DNA of 64,000 bases from Patescibacteria group bacterium (GCA_965660445.1 CBFIAK010000001.1:544001-608000); one strand, 5' to 3'; counted from the stretch's first letter, positions 20,630 to 30,898 are shown. The notes: generated by a model not told the origin, from the letters alone. A program made the numbers and translations.

Positions 20630-21694
20630 TTAATAAGTGTCGAGTAGATTTTTTTGTTCTTCAAGCGCTAAGCTTTCCACAATTTTATCAATATTCCCAT
20701 CCATAATACTGGGAAGGTTTGAGAAGTTTTGCCCAATACGATGATCAGTGACACGGTCTTGTGGGAAATTATAGGTTCTAATTTTGTCAGATCGGTCACC
20801 ACTCCCAATAGAAGCGAGTCTTTTTTCTCCGAGTTCTGTTTGTTTTTTTTCTTCTTCGATAGCAAAGAGTCGAGCTCGTAAGACATTAAAAGCTTTGTGT
20901 TTGTTTTTCAGTTGAGATTTTTCATCCTGACAGGTTACAATAATGCCACTTGGAATATGGGTGAGTCGAACGGCAGAATCAGTTGTGTTGACTGATTGTC
21001 CTCCACTTCCAGATGACCGAAATACATCAATACGGACATCGTTGTGATTTATTTCAAATTGTTTTTCTTCTATTTCTGGCATCACAACGACGGAAACAGC
21101 GGAAGTATGAACTCTTCCTTGAGATTCAGTGGATGGAATACGTTGCACTCGATGTACACCACTTTCAAACTTGAATTGTGCATAGGCGCCAAATCCGTTT
21201 ATTTTGCAAATAGATTCTTTTAGTCCTCCATTTTCGTTTGGAGACTGAGATAAAAGTTCGGATGAAAAATCATTCTTTTCTGCAAACCGAAGAAGCATTC
21301 TCATAATTTCTTCTGCAAATAAACTCGCTTCATCCCCCCCAACTCCTGCACGAACTTCTATAATACAATTATTATCATCATGTGGGTCTTTTGGGATAAG
21401 CGCTCGCTTTAAATCTTCTTCGATGTATGGAATTTCTTTTTTTACTTCTTCGAGTTCTTCTTTTGCCATAGCAACAAATTCGGGATCAGTTTCGGTTTGA
21501 ATGAGTTTTTCGTTTTCGGCTTTTGTATGAATAAGTTGAATATATTTCTTCGCAATTTCATACGTATTTTCAAGTCCTTTTTTTTGCTGTCCAAGACGTT
21601 TAAAAGCTTCTCTGTCATTGTAAATATCAGGATTTGATTCCTGTGTTTTTAATGTTTCAAAATCTTTAATAACTGATAGTGCTTTTTCTTCCAT
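20630..21694 (-). CDS. prfA: Peptide chain release factor 1
   Basis: PxT motif ([14 protein letters not shown]), [19 protein letters not shown]. Confidence 0.97.
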   Translation of the reverse strand: MEEKALSVIKDFETLKTQESNPDIYNDREAFKRLGQQKKGLENTYEIAKKYIQLIHTKAENEKLIQTETDPEFVAMAKEELEEVKKEIPYIEEDLKRALIPKDPHDDNNCIIEVRAGVGGDEASLFAEEIMRMLLRFAEKNDFSSELLSQSPNENGGLKESICKINGFGAYAQFKFESGVHRVQRIPSTESQGRVHTSAVSVVVMPEIEEKQFEINHNDVRIDVFRSSGSGGQSVNTTDSAVRLTHIPSGIIVTCQDEKSQLKNKHKAFNVLRARLFAIEEEKKQTELGEKRLASIGSGDRSDKIRTYNFPQDRVTDHRIGQNFSNLPSIMDGNIDKIVESLALEEQKNLLDTY

Positions 21695-21810
21695 ATTTTT
21701 TCTGCACTATACAAGAAAAAAACGAAAAGTCTATTTTTTTGCTGTTTGATTGCAGCGCTTTTTGCTGACTTTTTTTTGTTATTCTTACGAAAACATGGTA
21801 TAATAAAACG

Positions 21811-23025
21811 ATGGATTTTTCTTTTCGATTTATTTACCAGCATAATGAATTACTGCGTCAAGTAGATAAGGGGGCACAATCTCCTGAGTTTGCACCGTAT
21901 GTGTTTCAAAGTCCTGAAGAAAAAGAAAGGGAACAAGAAAAACAAAAATTCTCTTTACCTGAAGGCGAAACTCCTGAAACTCTTCACTATAAACTTTCTG
22001 GTGGATATGAGGTACAAGAAGGGGATACCCTTACGGGTATTGTGAAAAATGTGTTTGGGAAAAAACTTGATTATGCGTTTCCTGTTGAGTATCGCAGTGA
22101 AAAGATACAAGAACCAAAACCAAAAACGGTTCTTGAAACGAATAAAATTTATCCAAAACAGTATATTATTTGGACGATGAGTGGGATTATTATTGCAGAT
22201 GAACCTATAAGTCCGACTGAGTTTTCGATGCCGCCTTTAATGATGTCGGCATTTCCAATGACAGAAGAAGAAACAAAAGAGGAAACAAAAGAATCAAAAG
22301 AAAAAGATGTATCAGATGTTTGGGGTGAGTATGTACCAATGCATGTAAGTGATGAATTGGGGCAAATGGCGGCGATTGAATCAGTTTTTGAAACTCATCA
22401 CACAGAACCACCAAAAGAAGTGCTTCATTTTATATCAAATAATGATTTATCGATACAGCCACAACAAGTATATGTTGAAAAAGGTGGTATCGCCGCCTTT
22501 CCATTGCGAAAAAATGCCGTAGGTGGAGGGGAAATTGTATTTACTGTTTTTATCGATGGAAACGGAAATGTGGGGCTTTATGATCAAAACTCAAAAGGAG
22601 TTCGAAAAACAGAAACACTTCAAGAGGCGTATGATTTAGCCGTCTATAATGAAATACTTGATTATGAATTAACCGTTATAAATCGTGGAAATAATAGAGG
22701 CGTTGAGGATGTTGATCGATATCTAACAGATGATGATTTAAGCGTTATTGTTGAAGAATTAGATATCGTGGGACATAGTGATATGCATCCGGTAACAGCT
22801 CATTCTCAACGAATCATGAGAGAATTTGTGAAAAATTGGATACACAAAGCAAACCGAGAAGTATATATTCAGGGTGGGAATATCCCAGTTTCGAAAGTTA
22901 TGAAACAAGTGCTCTCCAAAAATGGAGATGAAAAAAACACAATACAAAGAGAAAAAGTGCGTGAAATGACACAATTCGTTTTCTTAACACCAGAAAAGAA
23001 AATAAAAGAGAAGGAAACTCTTTGA
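21811..23025 (+). CDS. LysM-domain protein without an obvious signal peptide
   Basis: YEVQEGDTLTGIVK...NKIYPKQYI resembles LysM with an insertion; extended -10 TGGTATAAT 6 nt before the ATG. Confidence 0.65.
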   Translation: MDFSFRFIYQHNELLRQVDKGAQSPEFAPYVFQSPEEKEREQEKQKFSLPEGETPETLHYKLSGGYEVQEGDTLTGIVKNVFGKKLDYAFPVEYRSEKIQEPKPKTVLETNKIYPKQYIIWTMSGIIIADEPISPTEFSMPPLMMSAFPMTEEETKEETKESKEKDVSDVWGEYVPMHVSDELGQMAAIESVFETHHTEPPKEVLHFISNNDLSIQPQQVYVEKGGIAAFPLRKNAVGGGEIVFTVFIDGNGNVGLYDQNSKGVRKTETLQEAYDLAVYNEILDYELTVINRGNNRGVEDVDRYLTDDDLSVIVEELDIVGHSDMHPVTAHSQRIMREFVKNWIHKANREVYIQGGNIPVSKVMKQVLSKNGDEKNTIQREKVREMTQFVFLTPEKKIKEKETL

Positions 23026-23072
23026 AAAAAATTTGCACAAAGCGTTTAAAAATAGATACAATGTGTATACGT

Positions 23073-24584
23073 ATGAAAAAACAAATCAATGCATTCATTT
23101 CCTCTGTGAAAAAACGAGCTTATGGTTTGTTTTCGGTGCAAAAAAGTCTGCGTGGATTTTTATTGATGATAATAGTGTTTATGGGAAGTGTTGGTGTTGT
23201 TTTTGCACAACAAACAAACCCAACACTTGATATAAGTATAGTAGGACGTCCCATGAAAGCTATGTATGCCAAGTCAAACACGACTCCTGCGGAAGTATTT
23301 CGTATTTCGCTTTTTTCACAAGGACACGCCAATGGATATGTAAACATTGATTCACTGTCTCTCGAACATGTAGGACAAAGAAGTTATTTTACGAACTATA
23401 CGCTCAATATGCATTCTCGTCGGACGAAGAGAGGTGTCGTGAAAGGAAACATGATTGAGTTCCCTGATTTAAATATCACTCTTGCTGATGGAAGAAAAGA
23501 AGACTGGTTATTGGTGGTGAGTATAGATGGTGATTCTCCTGATATATCAGATGACGATTTTCATCAATTTACACTTGTCTCAGCCAATGATGTATCAATT
23601 GCTCGTAATAGTGCTGATGCTGAAACAATAATAAACGGTAATTTTCCTCTTTCTTCAAATGGATTAGAGATTCGTTTGCCTTCAGATGATCCAAGAAATA
23701 ATAAAGATGGAGGAAGTGGAGATTCTTCTCAAGATGATGATTCAAATAATGGAGGCGGGAGCGGTGATAACAGCGGGAGTGGGGGAGGCACAGGTGGCGG
23801 AAATTCAGGTGGAGGAACTTCTGGTGGGGCTGCTGTAGCTGGCGGTGGTGCTGCTGTAATGGGAGGTGATGGAGGCGGGAATGGATCTGGGAGTGGAGGA
23901 CCTAACCCAAGTGCTTCACAGTCGTCCAGTACACTCACTGGTGATTTATTTGGTGCTGATGGTGCAGAACGTGCTGCTCAATCAGCGTATGATAATGTGT
24001 TTAAGCAAGGAGATTTAGATATCAATACACTTGATACTGAATGTATGCTCGATTTGCTCAATGATCGGTTAGGGATCAATATGGGAACGCCTTTTAGTTT
24101 ACTTGGTAAAGGGGCTGACTTAGTTGGATGGGACGGTGGTGCTGACGTGTTGGGTGGGTTTGGACAAAATCTAGCTGATATTGATATAAACGATATGGGA
24201 CTGGATGATATTATGAATGTCTTAAATCCGAGTAATAAACCGGTATTTGATGGTCCGGGGTTGAGGAGAGGTGCTCGTATTATTCGATGTAATATTGATA
24301 GGGGTGTGTCAACGGAAAAAGACCTCAATGTTTTGATTATCGGGTGGGTTAACTTTTTCTTAATTTTAGTGGGGGTTATTGCTGTTATTGTTATTATTTA
24401 TGCAGGGTTTCTCTATATTACAACAGGAGCTGAAGATGGAGCCGAAAAAGCGAAAAAAATAGTACTTTATGCGGTGCTGGGAATCTTGCTTATTTTAGCA
24501 TCGTATGCGATTGTAAATACAATTATTCATGAACCACGCGTGGGTGGTGGTGATGAAATTTCTTTTGAAGACCATTTGACATGA
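23073..24584 (+). CDS. Secreted-domain / Gly-rich linker / C-terminal TrbC-VirB2-like pilin fusion
   Basis: Signal peptide (..VVFA-QQ); beta-rich domain; long G/S linker; C-terminal NFFL..VG.IA...IIYAGFLYITTG..DGAEKAKKIVLYA..G two-helix pilin; start probably ATG 23073 (ORF track gives 23022). Confidence 0.75.
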   Translation: MKKQINAFISSVKKRAYGLFSVQKSLRGFLLMIIVFMGSVGVVFAQQTNPTLDISIVGRPMKAMYAKSNTTPAEVFRISLFSQGHANGYVNIDSLSLEHVGQRSYFTNYTLNMHSRRTKRGVVKGNMIEFPDLNITLADGRKEDWLLVVSIDGDSPDISDDDFHQFTLVSANDVSIARNSADAETIINGNFPLSSNGLEIRLPSDDPRNNKDGGSGDSSQDDDSNNGGGSGDNSGSGGGTGGGNSGGGTSGGAAVAGGGAAVMGGDGGGNGSGSGGPNPSASQSSSTLTGDLFGADGAERAAQSAYDNVFKQGDLDINTLDTECMLDLLNDRLGINMGTPFSLLGKGADLVGWDGGADVLGGFGQNLADIDINDMGLDDIMNVLNPSNKPVFDGPGLRRGARIIRCNIDRGVSTEKDLNVLIIGWVNFFLILVGVIAVIVIIYAGFLYITTGAEDGAEKAKKIVLYAVLGILLILASYAIVNTIIHEPRVGGGDEISFEDHLT

Positions 24585-27500
24585 AAAAACTAACTTTGCG
24601 ATTGATGTGTTTTTTATTCCTCTTTGTAGGAGGGATAGGTGCGGGGAGTGTTTCGGCTCAGGCTGATGCACTCACTAAAATTATGAACAATACCGTTGGA
24701 GGAGTTGCTGAACAAGCGTTTAAGAATATACGAGATGATTTGTTTGGGGAAGGACCTGTGCCACAGGGGCGATTTTCGGTGGCGGAATATAAGGGTTCGT
24801 TTGATTCTTCAATTGCGACCAATACTTCTATTCGTCAGTATCTTTTGAGGGTGACAAACTTTTTTCTTGCTTTTGTTGGTCTTTTAGCCACGATAATGCT
24901 TATTTATGGAGGTTTTTTGTATATTACAACAGGAGCAGACGATGGAGCCGAGAAAGGTAAAAAGATAGTTCTTTATGCAGCGATTGGAATCTTACTTATT
25001 CTACTTTCTTTTGCGTTAGTTAATACTCTTATTACGCAAGCTCCTCGAGGTGGGCAAGACCCACTTGGTGGATCTGTGTCGCAAGATGATGCTGATATGT
25101 CAGAGATTATTGATGAAAATACAGGGAAACCAATTGTGTCTGTTGATTCGAATATGATAACGGCTACTGCCGACGGACTTATTGAAGTTGGTGATTCTGG
25201 TTATGCAATTTCATTGGAAGATGCAAAAAATGGTATTGAGTGGAATTTTGCAGGGGGACCTTATAGCGATATTTTGTGGGATTTTGGTGATATTGCTCGT
25301 TCAAGAGGTCAAAATCCTGTAACGCATGTGTATGGTACTGAAAACTTATACACCGTAAATGTGGTGGCTATTACGGAAGACGCTATTTTAAAAGGTGCTA
25401 AAAAAGTAGTTGTGGGAGGGGTTCGTGCTCGGGCAACGCTTTCAAAACTGAGTCCTTTGGTGGGAGACCGTATTACGCTTAATGGAACGGCTTCTCAATC
25501 GGTAGTGGGAGAAATTAGTGAATATATGTGGACATGTGAGGTTGTTTCGGGAGATGGAGCGTGTTTTGAGGATAGGGAAGGCGATCGTATTGATGTTCAG
25601 TTTGATGCGGCTGGATCCTATAAGATTTCACTAACAGTTACCTCTACTATCGGGTTAACACACACCGCAGGGTCTACTATTGAAGTGTTAGGGGTTGTGC
25701 CATTTGCAAGTTTCTCGTATAGTTCTACGAATAATAATCAGAAACCTGGAGAGTATCGGTTTGATGCACGAGCAAGTCGAAACCGAAAGGGACTTGCTAA
25801 TGGGCTTACTTATACATGGAATTTTGATGGAGAAGAACATTCAGGGACAAATCCTATTTTCGTACATGAGTTTTCTTCGGATGGGGATAAACTGGTGACT
25901 TTAACGGTGAGCGAAAGGGTGAATGGTGTTGAATTTGTGTCAGAGACAGCGGAAACAACCGTCCGAGGAGTGAAAGTATTTGGTGTTGATTTCTCGATTC
26001 CTCAGGGAGTGCTCCGTACATTTGAAGCTTATCAGTTTGAGGCAGAATCGGCGAATGCGACATCTTTTGAATGGACTATTCCATCGGGAGCAAAAGTGCA
26101 AAGTGGAAATGTTGATTCTCGGCAAGTATCATTAGTGTTTTCAGAAGCCGGTCATTATGACATAACGCTGCGTGCACGAGGAGCGGGAACATTATCAGAT
26201 CCAGTGACAAAAACAGTCCATGTGATTCAGAAATCAGTACATGATATGACAGAAGATGAGTTGCGAGCTATGCTTGAAAATCTAGGGTTTTCTGACCAAG
26301 AGATAGAATCTATTCTTGAAAAAATACGAGCTGCACAAACAGAAGAAGAGGTTGAAGATGTTTTAGAAGATGCGGGGGTTGACCCTCGTCTGATTCGTGG
26401 AAGTGTTTTGGCGATTATGGAAGTAGTACATGATGGACAAGTTGTGCTTTCGGGTATTGAGCTTGAGAGAGGTACCGATGGGTATCCGCAAGGACTTGAG
26501 TTTCTTTCTCGTTCTTATGATCGAAAAGGGCAAACAGGCGCTGACGCTGAAATTGATGAAACATGGGTTGTTGATGGGGCTATTGTAACAGGAGGAGCGA
26601 GCGCGATTCCGGCTTTATTGACAGAAGTAAAAACGTACCGAATTGAGCTTCGTGTAAGTGATAGTGTAAACCAAAATATTCGAGATACGATGGTGTTTGT
26701 GATTCGAATTAAAAACAAAGAACCAGGAATCATTGGGGCTCGATTACGACTTGATCCTCTAAAAAAAAAAGTTGAATGGCGGGATGCTTTAACCGCGAGT
26801 GTTATTAATTTGCAAGTTGATGACCTACATATTGCTCATGAACCATTAGTTACTCTTGAGACGGTAAAAAATTTTCTGGTAGAACTCGAAGGTGTTGACG
26901 ATTTGGATGGAGGTTATATACAACAATATACGTTTTATTTAAAAGAGAAAAATCGAACACTTGATACAAAAATTCTGACCAGCCCTCGAGCTTTTTTTAA
27001 TCTAGAATCGTTTATTGGAAAAAAAGATTTACATTTTGAAGTACAAGTTGAAGACAATGATGGAGGGGTGACATTGCTTGAATCAACGACACTTTTTTCT
27101 ATTCCTGAGTTTTCAGATGAAGATTTAGGAGATACCGATCCTTTACACGTTGAAATTCATTTACTGAGTCCATCTAACAGAATTGAGATAGGAGACTCTA
27201 TTCAACTGCAAGCAAAAGCTCAAAAAGGACCACAAGATTCATTTAATGGACGTGATTATGAATGGTCTATTGAGGGAAGTAACGAAGAGTTTCGAAAAAG
27301 TGATCGATTTACCCATCGGTTTGAATCGGGTGGGTCAAAAGATATTACTGTTACGGTGCGTGATGGAGATAAAGTGGCAACCGATACCTACACAGTCGTA
27401 GTTGAGGGAGCGAGTGTATTAGATTCTTTAGGTGATTTAGCAGACGATATGATTGATTATTTAGGAGGACTTGGTTTGGATAGTGATATTATGAATCGTT

Positions 27501-28252
27501 TAATGTCAGGTGATTACACAAGAGAGCAGATGCGTGAAATATTAAGAAATGCGGGTGTAGGGGCTGATGTATTGGAAGATGTGTTATCAACACTTTCGGG
27601 GTTTCATATCCAAAAAAGAACAATAGAGGATGTAAACGCTCAAATGCATGAGATTCCGAGTGCTTTTTATAGACCTCGTGCAGAACCATTAGATAGGGGA
27701 CTGGTGATGACTGATTTTCGGTTAGGGGTGTTAGGATTTGAAAATAATCATCAGTTTTATAAGTTTGATTGGACTGTTTTTGCTCCTGATGGAGAGGTGA
27801 CGAGGTATAAAGACGCTCGAAACTATCAAATTCATCGTCCAACGGTTTCAGGGAATCATCGGTTTATGGTGAGTATTCATAATAAAACAGGGCGAGTGGA
27901 TTCTGAAATTGAGTATTTTAAGGTGCTTGAATGGTCTACGATGGGATTAGAAATGCCAGAAGAATTGGCCTTACAAATGCCGGAAGAAAAACGTCCTATT
28001 CCAAATTACAACCCTGTACGAGAACGAGAAATTCAAAGGATAGTACCCACTCATACACAAGATGTTGTGCGTATTACTCCTCTTGAAAGAGACCCTATTG
28101 AAGAGCAGTTTCGTCCATCAGCTCCTGAGGTTCAAAAGAAGCTTGAAGCTCGACCTATGGTTGATTCAGGTGCTTCATTGTGGGTATCTATTCTTTTGTT
28201 TTTAGGCGTATTTTTTGGTGGAGGCTTTTTCTATTTTTCTCGACGGTTCTAG
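24581..28252 (+). CDS. TrbC-VirB2-like pilin fused to multiple PKD domains, with a C-terminal membrane anchor
   Basis: Signal peptide, pilin hairpin near the N-terminus, WDFGD/YTWNFDG/G.Y.V.L PKD motifs, C-terminal TM helix plus RR tail; ATGA overlap with the upstream gene. Confidence 0.8.
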   Translation: MKKLTLRLMCFLFLFVGGIGAGSVSAQADALTKIMNNTVGGVAEQAFKNIRDDLFGEGPVPQGRFSVAEYKGSFDSSIATNTSIRQYLLRVTNFFLAFVGLLATIMLIYGGFLYITTGADDGAEKGKKIVLYAAIGILLILLSFALVNTLITQAPRGGQDPLGGSVSQDDADMSEIIDENTGKPIVSVDSNMITATADGLIEVGDSGYAISLEDAKNGIEWNFAGGPYSDILWDFGDIARSRGQNPVTHVYGTENLYTVNVVAITEDAILKGAKKVVVGGVRARATLSKLSPLVGDRITLNGTASQSVVGEISEYMWTCEVVSGDGACFEDREGDRIDVQFDAAGSYKISLTVTSTIGLTHTAGSTIEVLGVVPFASFSYSSTNNNQKPGEYRFDARASRNRKGLANGLTYTWNFDGEEHSGTNPIFVHEFSSDGDKLVTLTVSERVNGVEFVSETAETTVRGVKVFGVDFSIPQGVLRTFEAYQFEAESANATSFEWTIPSGAKVQSGNVDSRQVSLVFSEAGHYDITLRARGAGTLSDPVTKTVHVIQKSVHDMTEDELRAMLENLGFSDQEIESILEKIRAAQTEEEVEDVLEDAGVDPRLIRGSVLAIMEVVHDGQVVLSGIELERGTDGYPQGLEFLSRSYDRKGQTGADAEIDETWVVDGAIVTGGASAIPALLTEVKTYRIELRVSDSVNQNIRDTMVFVIRIKNKEPGIIGARLRLDPLKKKVEWRDALTASVINLQVDDLHIAHEPLVTLETVKNFLVELEGVDDLDGGYIQQYTFYLKEKNRTLDTKILTSPRAFFNLESFIGKKDLHFEVQVEDNDGGVTLLESTTLFSIPEFSDEDLGDTDPLHVEIHLLSPSNRIEIGDSIQLQAKAQKGPQDSFNGRDYEWSIEGSNEEFRKSDRFTHRFESGGSKDITVTVRDGDKVATDTYTVVVEGASVLDSLGDLADDMIDYLGGLGLDSDIMNRLMSGDYTREQMREILRNAGVGADVLEDVLSTLSGFHIQKRTIEDVNAQMHEIPSAFYRPRAEPLDRGLVMTDFRLGVLGFENNHQFYKFDWTVFAPDGEVTRYKDARNYQIHRPTVSGNHRFMVSIHNKTGRVDSEIEYFKVLEWSTMGLEMPEELALQMPEEKRPIPNYNPVREREIQRIVPTHTQDVVRITPLERDPIEEQFRPSAPEVQKKLEARPMVDSGASLWVSILLFLGVFFGGGFFYFSRRF

Positions 28253-28305
28253 TTGAAAAATAAAACAAGAACTGTCATAGTAAATATACACACACATATA
28301 TACAC

Positions 28306-30501
28306 ATGGAGAATATGGATAATCAGAATAATAATCTTGAGAACTCTCGTCTTGAAAACGAGAATCAACATTCTTTGTCTTCACAAAGAGAGACCGAATA
28401 CGCACCTCACTCTCCCGAAAAAAAAGAAAACAATGGGATGACAAAGGGAAAAATACTTGATCAAGAAGGTGAGCAGACATCTAGTATTTTAAGATGGACG
28501 TTCTTTTTGTTTCTTGGAATCATTGCCTTGTTTTATATGGTGCTTTTGTGGTCTTTATTGTCTGGAAATGTTGACAATCCTTTGTTTCAGATTTTAGGAA
28601 TAGAATCGAGAGACTTGAAAGAGACACTTTTGAATCTCACTGATATATTGTTTGCTATAGGATCACTTATATTTTTAATACTCACACTTATTCGATTTTT
28701 TCAATGGGTGGTGCTTGAAAAAGATTCTGAAGACAGACAGAAATTTATAGTACAAACGAGTATTTATTTTTTGATTTTTGTTTCTGTTGTTGGACTATGG
28801 GTATTGTTTCGTATTTTGATAACAAATGTAAAAGTAGACACATTTGGGATTGAAAATCATATGGTGCAAACAATACCACAAAACACTATTGGATTGACTG
28901 CTCCAATATTGGTAGAGTTTGATATTGCAACACGATTATATGAGGTTTTGTCTCGTGATGTAATTCAGCAAATCAGTTGGGATTTTGATAACGACGGAAA
29001 GATAGATGCAACGGGGGATAAGGTCACTTATAGATTTCTAGATAAAGGAAAGAATAATGGACGATATCCTGTGACGGTGAGCATTGAATATGTTGTTCCA
29101 CAAACACGAGAAGAAAAAAGAATGGAGCTGGTAAGAGAAGTGATTATTTCTAATGAGTCGGTGCGTGCGAATATCACTGCCGATCAAGAATCAGGGCCGG
29201 TGCCATTGGATGTTCAGTTTTCTGCTAATGGGTCGCGAGATCCAGATGGAGAAATTATTTTGTATGAATGGGATTTAGATAATGATGGCGATTTTGAGTT
29301 AAGTGGTGATCAATTATCAGTAGTACAAAAACGGTTCGAATCGGTTGGAAACTATACAGTCCGGTTGAGAGTAACAGGGACGACTCAAGATATAGATGAA
29401 GCGACGCTTGATATTGTCGTTGGAAATTCAACGCAAGACTTAATTGCGAAGATAAATTCAGATAACGGGTTTGAAGGAATGATGCCTTTTGCGGTGACTT
29501 TTGATGGAGCTTTGTCGTTTTCTCGAGTAGGAGATATTGTGCGATATGAATGGTTTATTGAAGGGGAAAGTGAGCCTGTTGTAGGGCGTACCATTAAACG
29601 GACGTTTCGACGATCTGGAGAGTATGATGTGTTTTTAACGGTTGAGAATGATAGGGGTGAAAAAAATAGAGTTATGCAAACAATTACAGTGCTTGATAGT
29701 CAAGTCGGGACACAAGTTTCAATAAAGAGTGATCCACCATTAGACGCAGAAAGCGGACTTATACGAGGGAAAGCCCCTTTTGAGATAGAGTTTGATGCTC
29801 GTTCTTCTACTATTCGAAACCCTATTGAATGGCGATGGGATTTTGAAAACGATGGAGTGGTTGATGATTTTGCTCGTGTGGCACGTCATACGTATAGAAC
29901 TCCGGGTGAATATACCGTAAGGCTTACTATTGTCGATTCTCTTGATCGAGAGTTTAGTACAACTGAAAAAGTTTTAGTGGAAAACTTTGGGACAAATGCT
30001 GTTATTATGGCCACTCCTAGTTCAGGGGTTGCACCATTGAGAGTGCGTTTAGATGGATCGGCTTCAAAAACAGATTCAGGAGAGATAATTGCTTATCGGT
30101 GGTATTTATTAGATGAGGAACCGTTTAATTATGATGCACAGCTAGATTATGTGTTCGATACCGTTGGGACGTATCCAGTGAAACTACAGGTACTAACATC
30201 TGATGGAAAACAAGATACAGAAACGCGATACATTGTTGTGCGTGGTACGCCTTTGAAATCAAATTTTACGTACAGTATTGATAATAATAATCCATTACTC
30301 GTGAGTTTTGATTCGTCTGATGCAACGGGGACGATTGTGTCATATGCTTGGAATTTTGGAGACGGAAATGCCTCAAGGCGAGTTGATCCACAATACGAGT
30401 TTCCTTATCCAGGGAAGTTTAATGTGACGTTGAAAGTGACTGGACCAAAAGGAATTATATCTGAATATTCACAAGAAGTGACGGTTGGGGAAGGGCAGTG
30501 A
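28306..30501 (+). CDS. Membrane-anchored multi-PKD-domain protein
   Basis: Three N-terminal TM helices then about six PKD repeats (G.APL.V.FD.S.S, WDFDNDG, WNFGDG, G.Y.V.L.V). Confidence 0.85.
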   Translation: MENMDNQNNNLENSRLENENQHSLSSQRETEYAPHSPEKKENNGMTKGKILDQEGEQTSSILRWTFFLFLGIIALFYMVLLWSLLSGNVDNPLFQILGIESRDLKETLLNLTDILFAIGSLIFLILTLIRFFQWVVLEKDSEDRQKFIVQTSIYFLIFVSVVGLWVLFRILITNVKVDTFGIENHMVQTIPQNTIGLTAPILVEFDIATRLYEVLSRDVIQQISWDFDNDGKIDATGDKVTYRFLDKGKNNGRYPVTVSIEYVVPQTREEKRMELVREVIISNESVRANITADQESGPVPLDVQFSANGSRDPDGEIILYEWDLDNDGDFELSGDQLSVVQKRFESVGNYTVRLRVTGTTQDIDEATLDIVVGNSTQDLIAKINSDNGFEGMMPFAVTFDGALSFSRVGDIVRYEWFIEGESEPVVGRTIKRTFRRSGEYDVFLTVENDRGEKNRVMQTITVLDSQVGTQVSIKSDPPLDAESGLIRGKAPFEIEFDARSSTIRNPIEWRWDFENDGVVDDFARVARHTYRTPGEYTVRLTIVDSLDREFSTTEKVLVENFGTNAVIMATPSSGVAPLRVRLDGSASKTDSGEIIAYRWYLLDEEPFNYDAQLDYVFDTVGTYPVKLQVLTSDGKQDTETRYIVVRGTPLKSNFTYSIDNNNPLLVSFDSSDATGTIVSYAWNFGDGNASRRVDPQYEFPYPGKFNVTLKVTGPKGIISEYSQEVTVGEGQ

Positions 30502-30515
30502 ATTCTTCGAATTCA

Positions 30516-30735
30516 GAATTAGGAAGTATGAATTAGGAATTATGGGGAAGCGCAGGAATCACATAGAATCTAGAATCTGGAATCAAAGTTGGAATCTTGA
30601 ATCCAGAATCTTGAATCTTGATAAAATCACAGGAATCACAAGACATTGCAAAGCCTTGTGATTCTCCCTCGATTCTAGATTCGCGCGCTTTAGCGCTCTT
30701 GTGATTCCCCATAATTCCTAGTTCCTAATTCATGA
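30516..30735. repeat. Modular heptamer/hairpin repeat, copy 1 (self-complementary doublet)
   Basis: GAATTAG/GAATTAT and GAATCTA/GAATCTT runs; core GAATCACAAG..CTTGTGATTC (30633-30664); outer arms are inverted copies of each other. Confidence 0.8.
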
Positions 30736-30741
30736 TTTATT

Positions 30742-30823
30742 AAAAAAAGCCCGTCTTTGCTCAGAGAGCTTCGCCGCGCAGTCTTCTATTTCCGACTCGC
30801 TTCGCTTGTCGCAAAGCGAAGAC
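30742..30823 (-). repeat. GC-rich REP-like hairpin trailer/terminator after tRNA-Gly
   Basis: Minus strand CTTCGCTTTGCGACAAGCGAAG ... GCGAAGCTCTCTGAGCAAAGACGGGC-T7; resembles 60435-60491. Confidence 0.55.
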
Positions 30824-30898
30824 TGGAGCACGTGGGGGGAATCGAACCCCCTTCATCGGCTTGGAAGGCCGAGGTAATAGCCAGTATACGACACGTGC
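30824..30898 (-). tRNA. tRNA-Gly (anticodon TCC)
   Basis: GCACGTG/CACGTGC acceptor stem, CT-TCC-AA anticodon loop, GGTTCGATTCC T-arm, U discriminator, encoded CCA. Confidence 0.96.

Noticed and set aside
24350-25035. Diversity-generating retroelement TR/VR pair
   Set aside because: Differences are mostly third-position and not adenine-specific; both copies are coding; no reverse transcriptase is present
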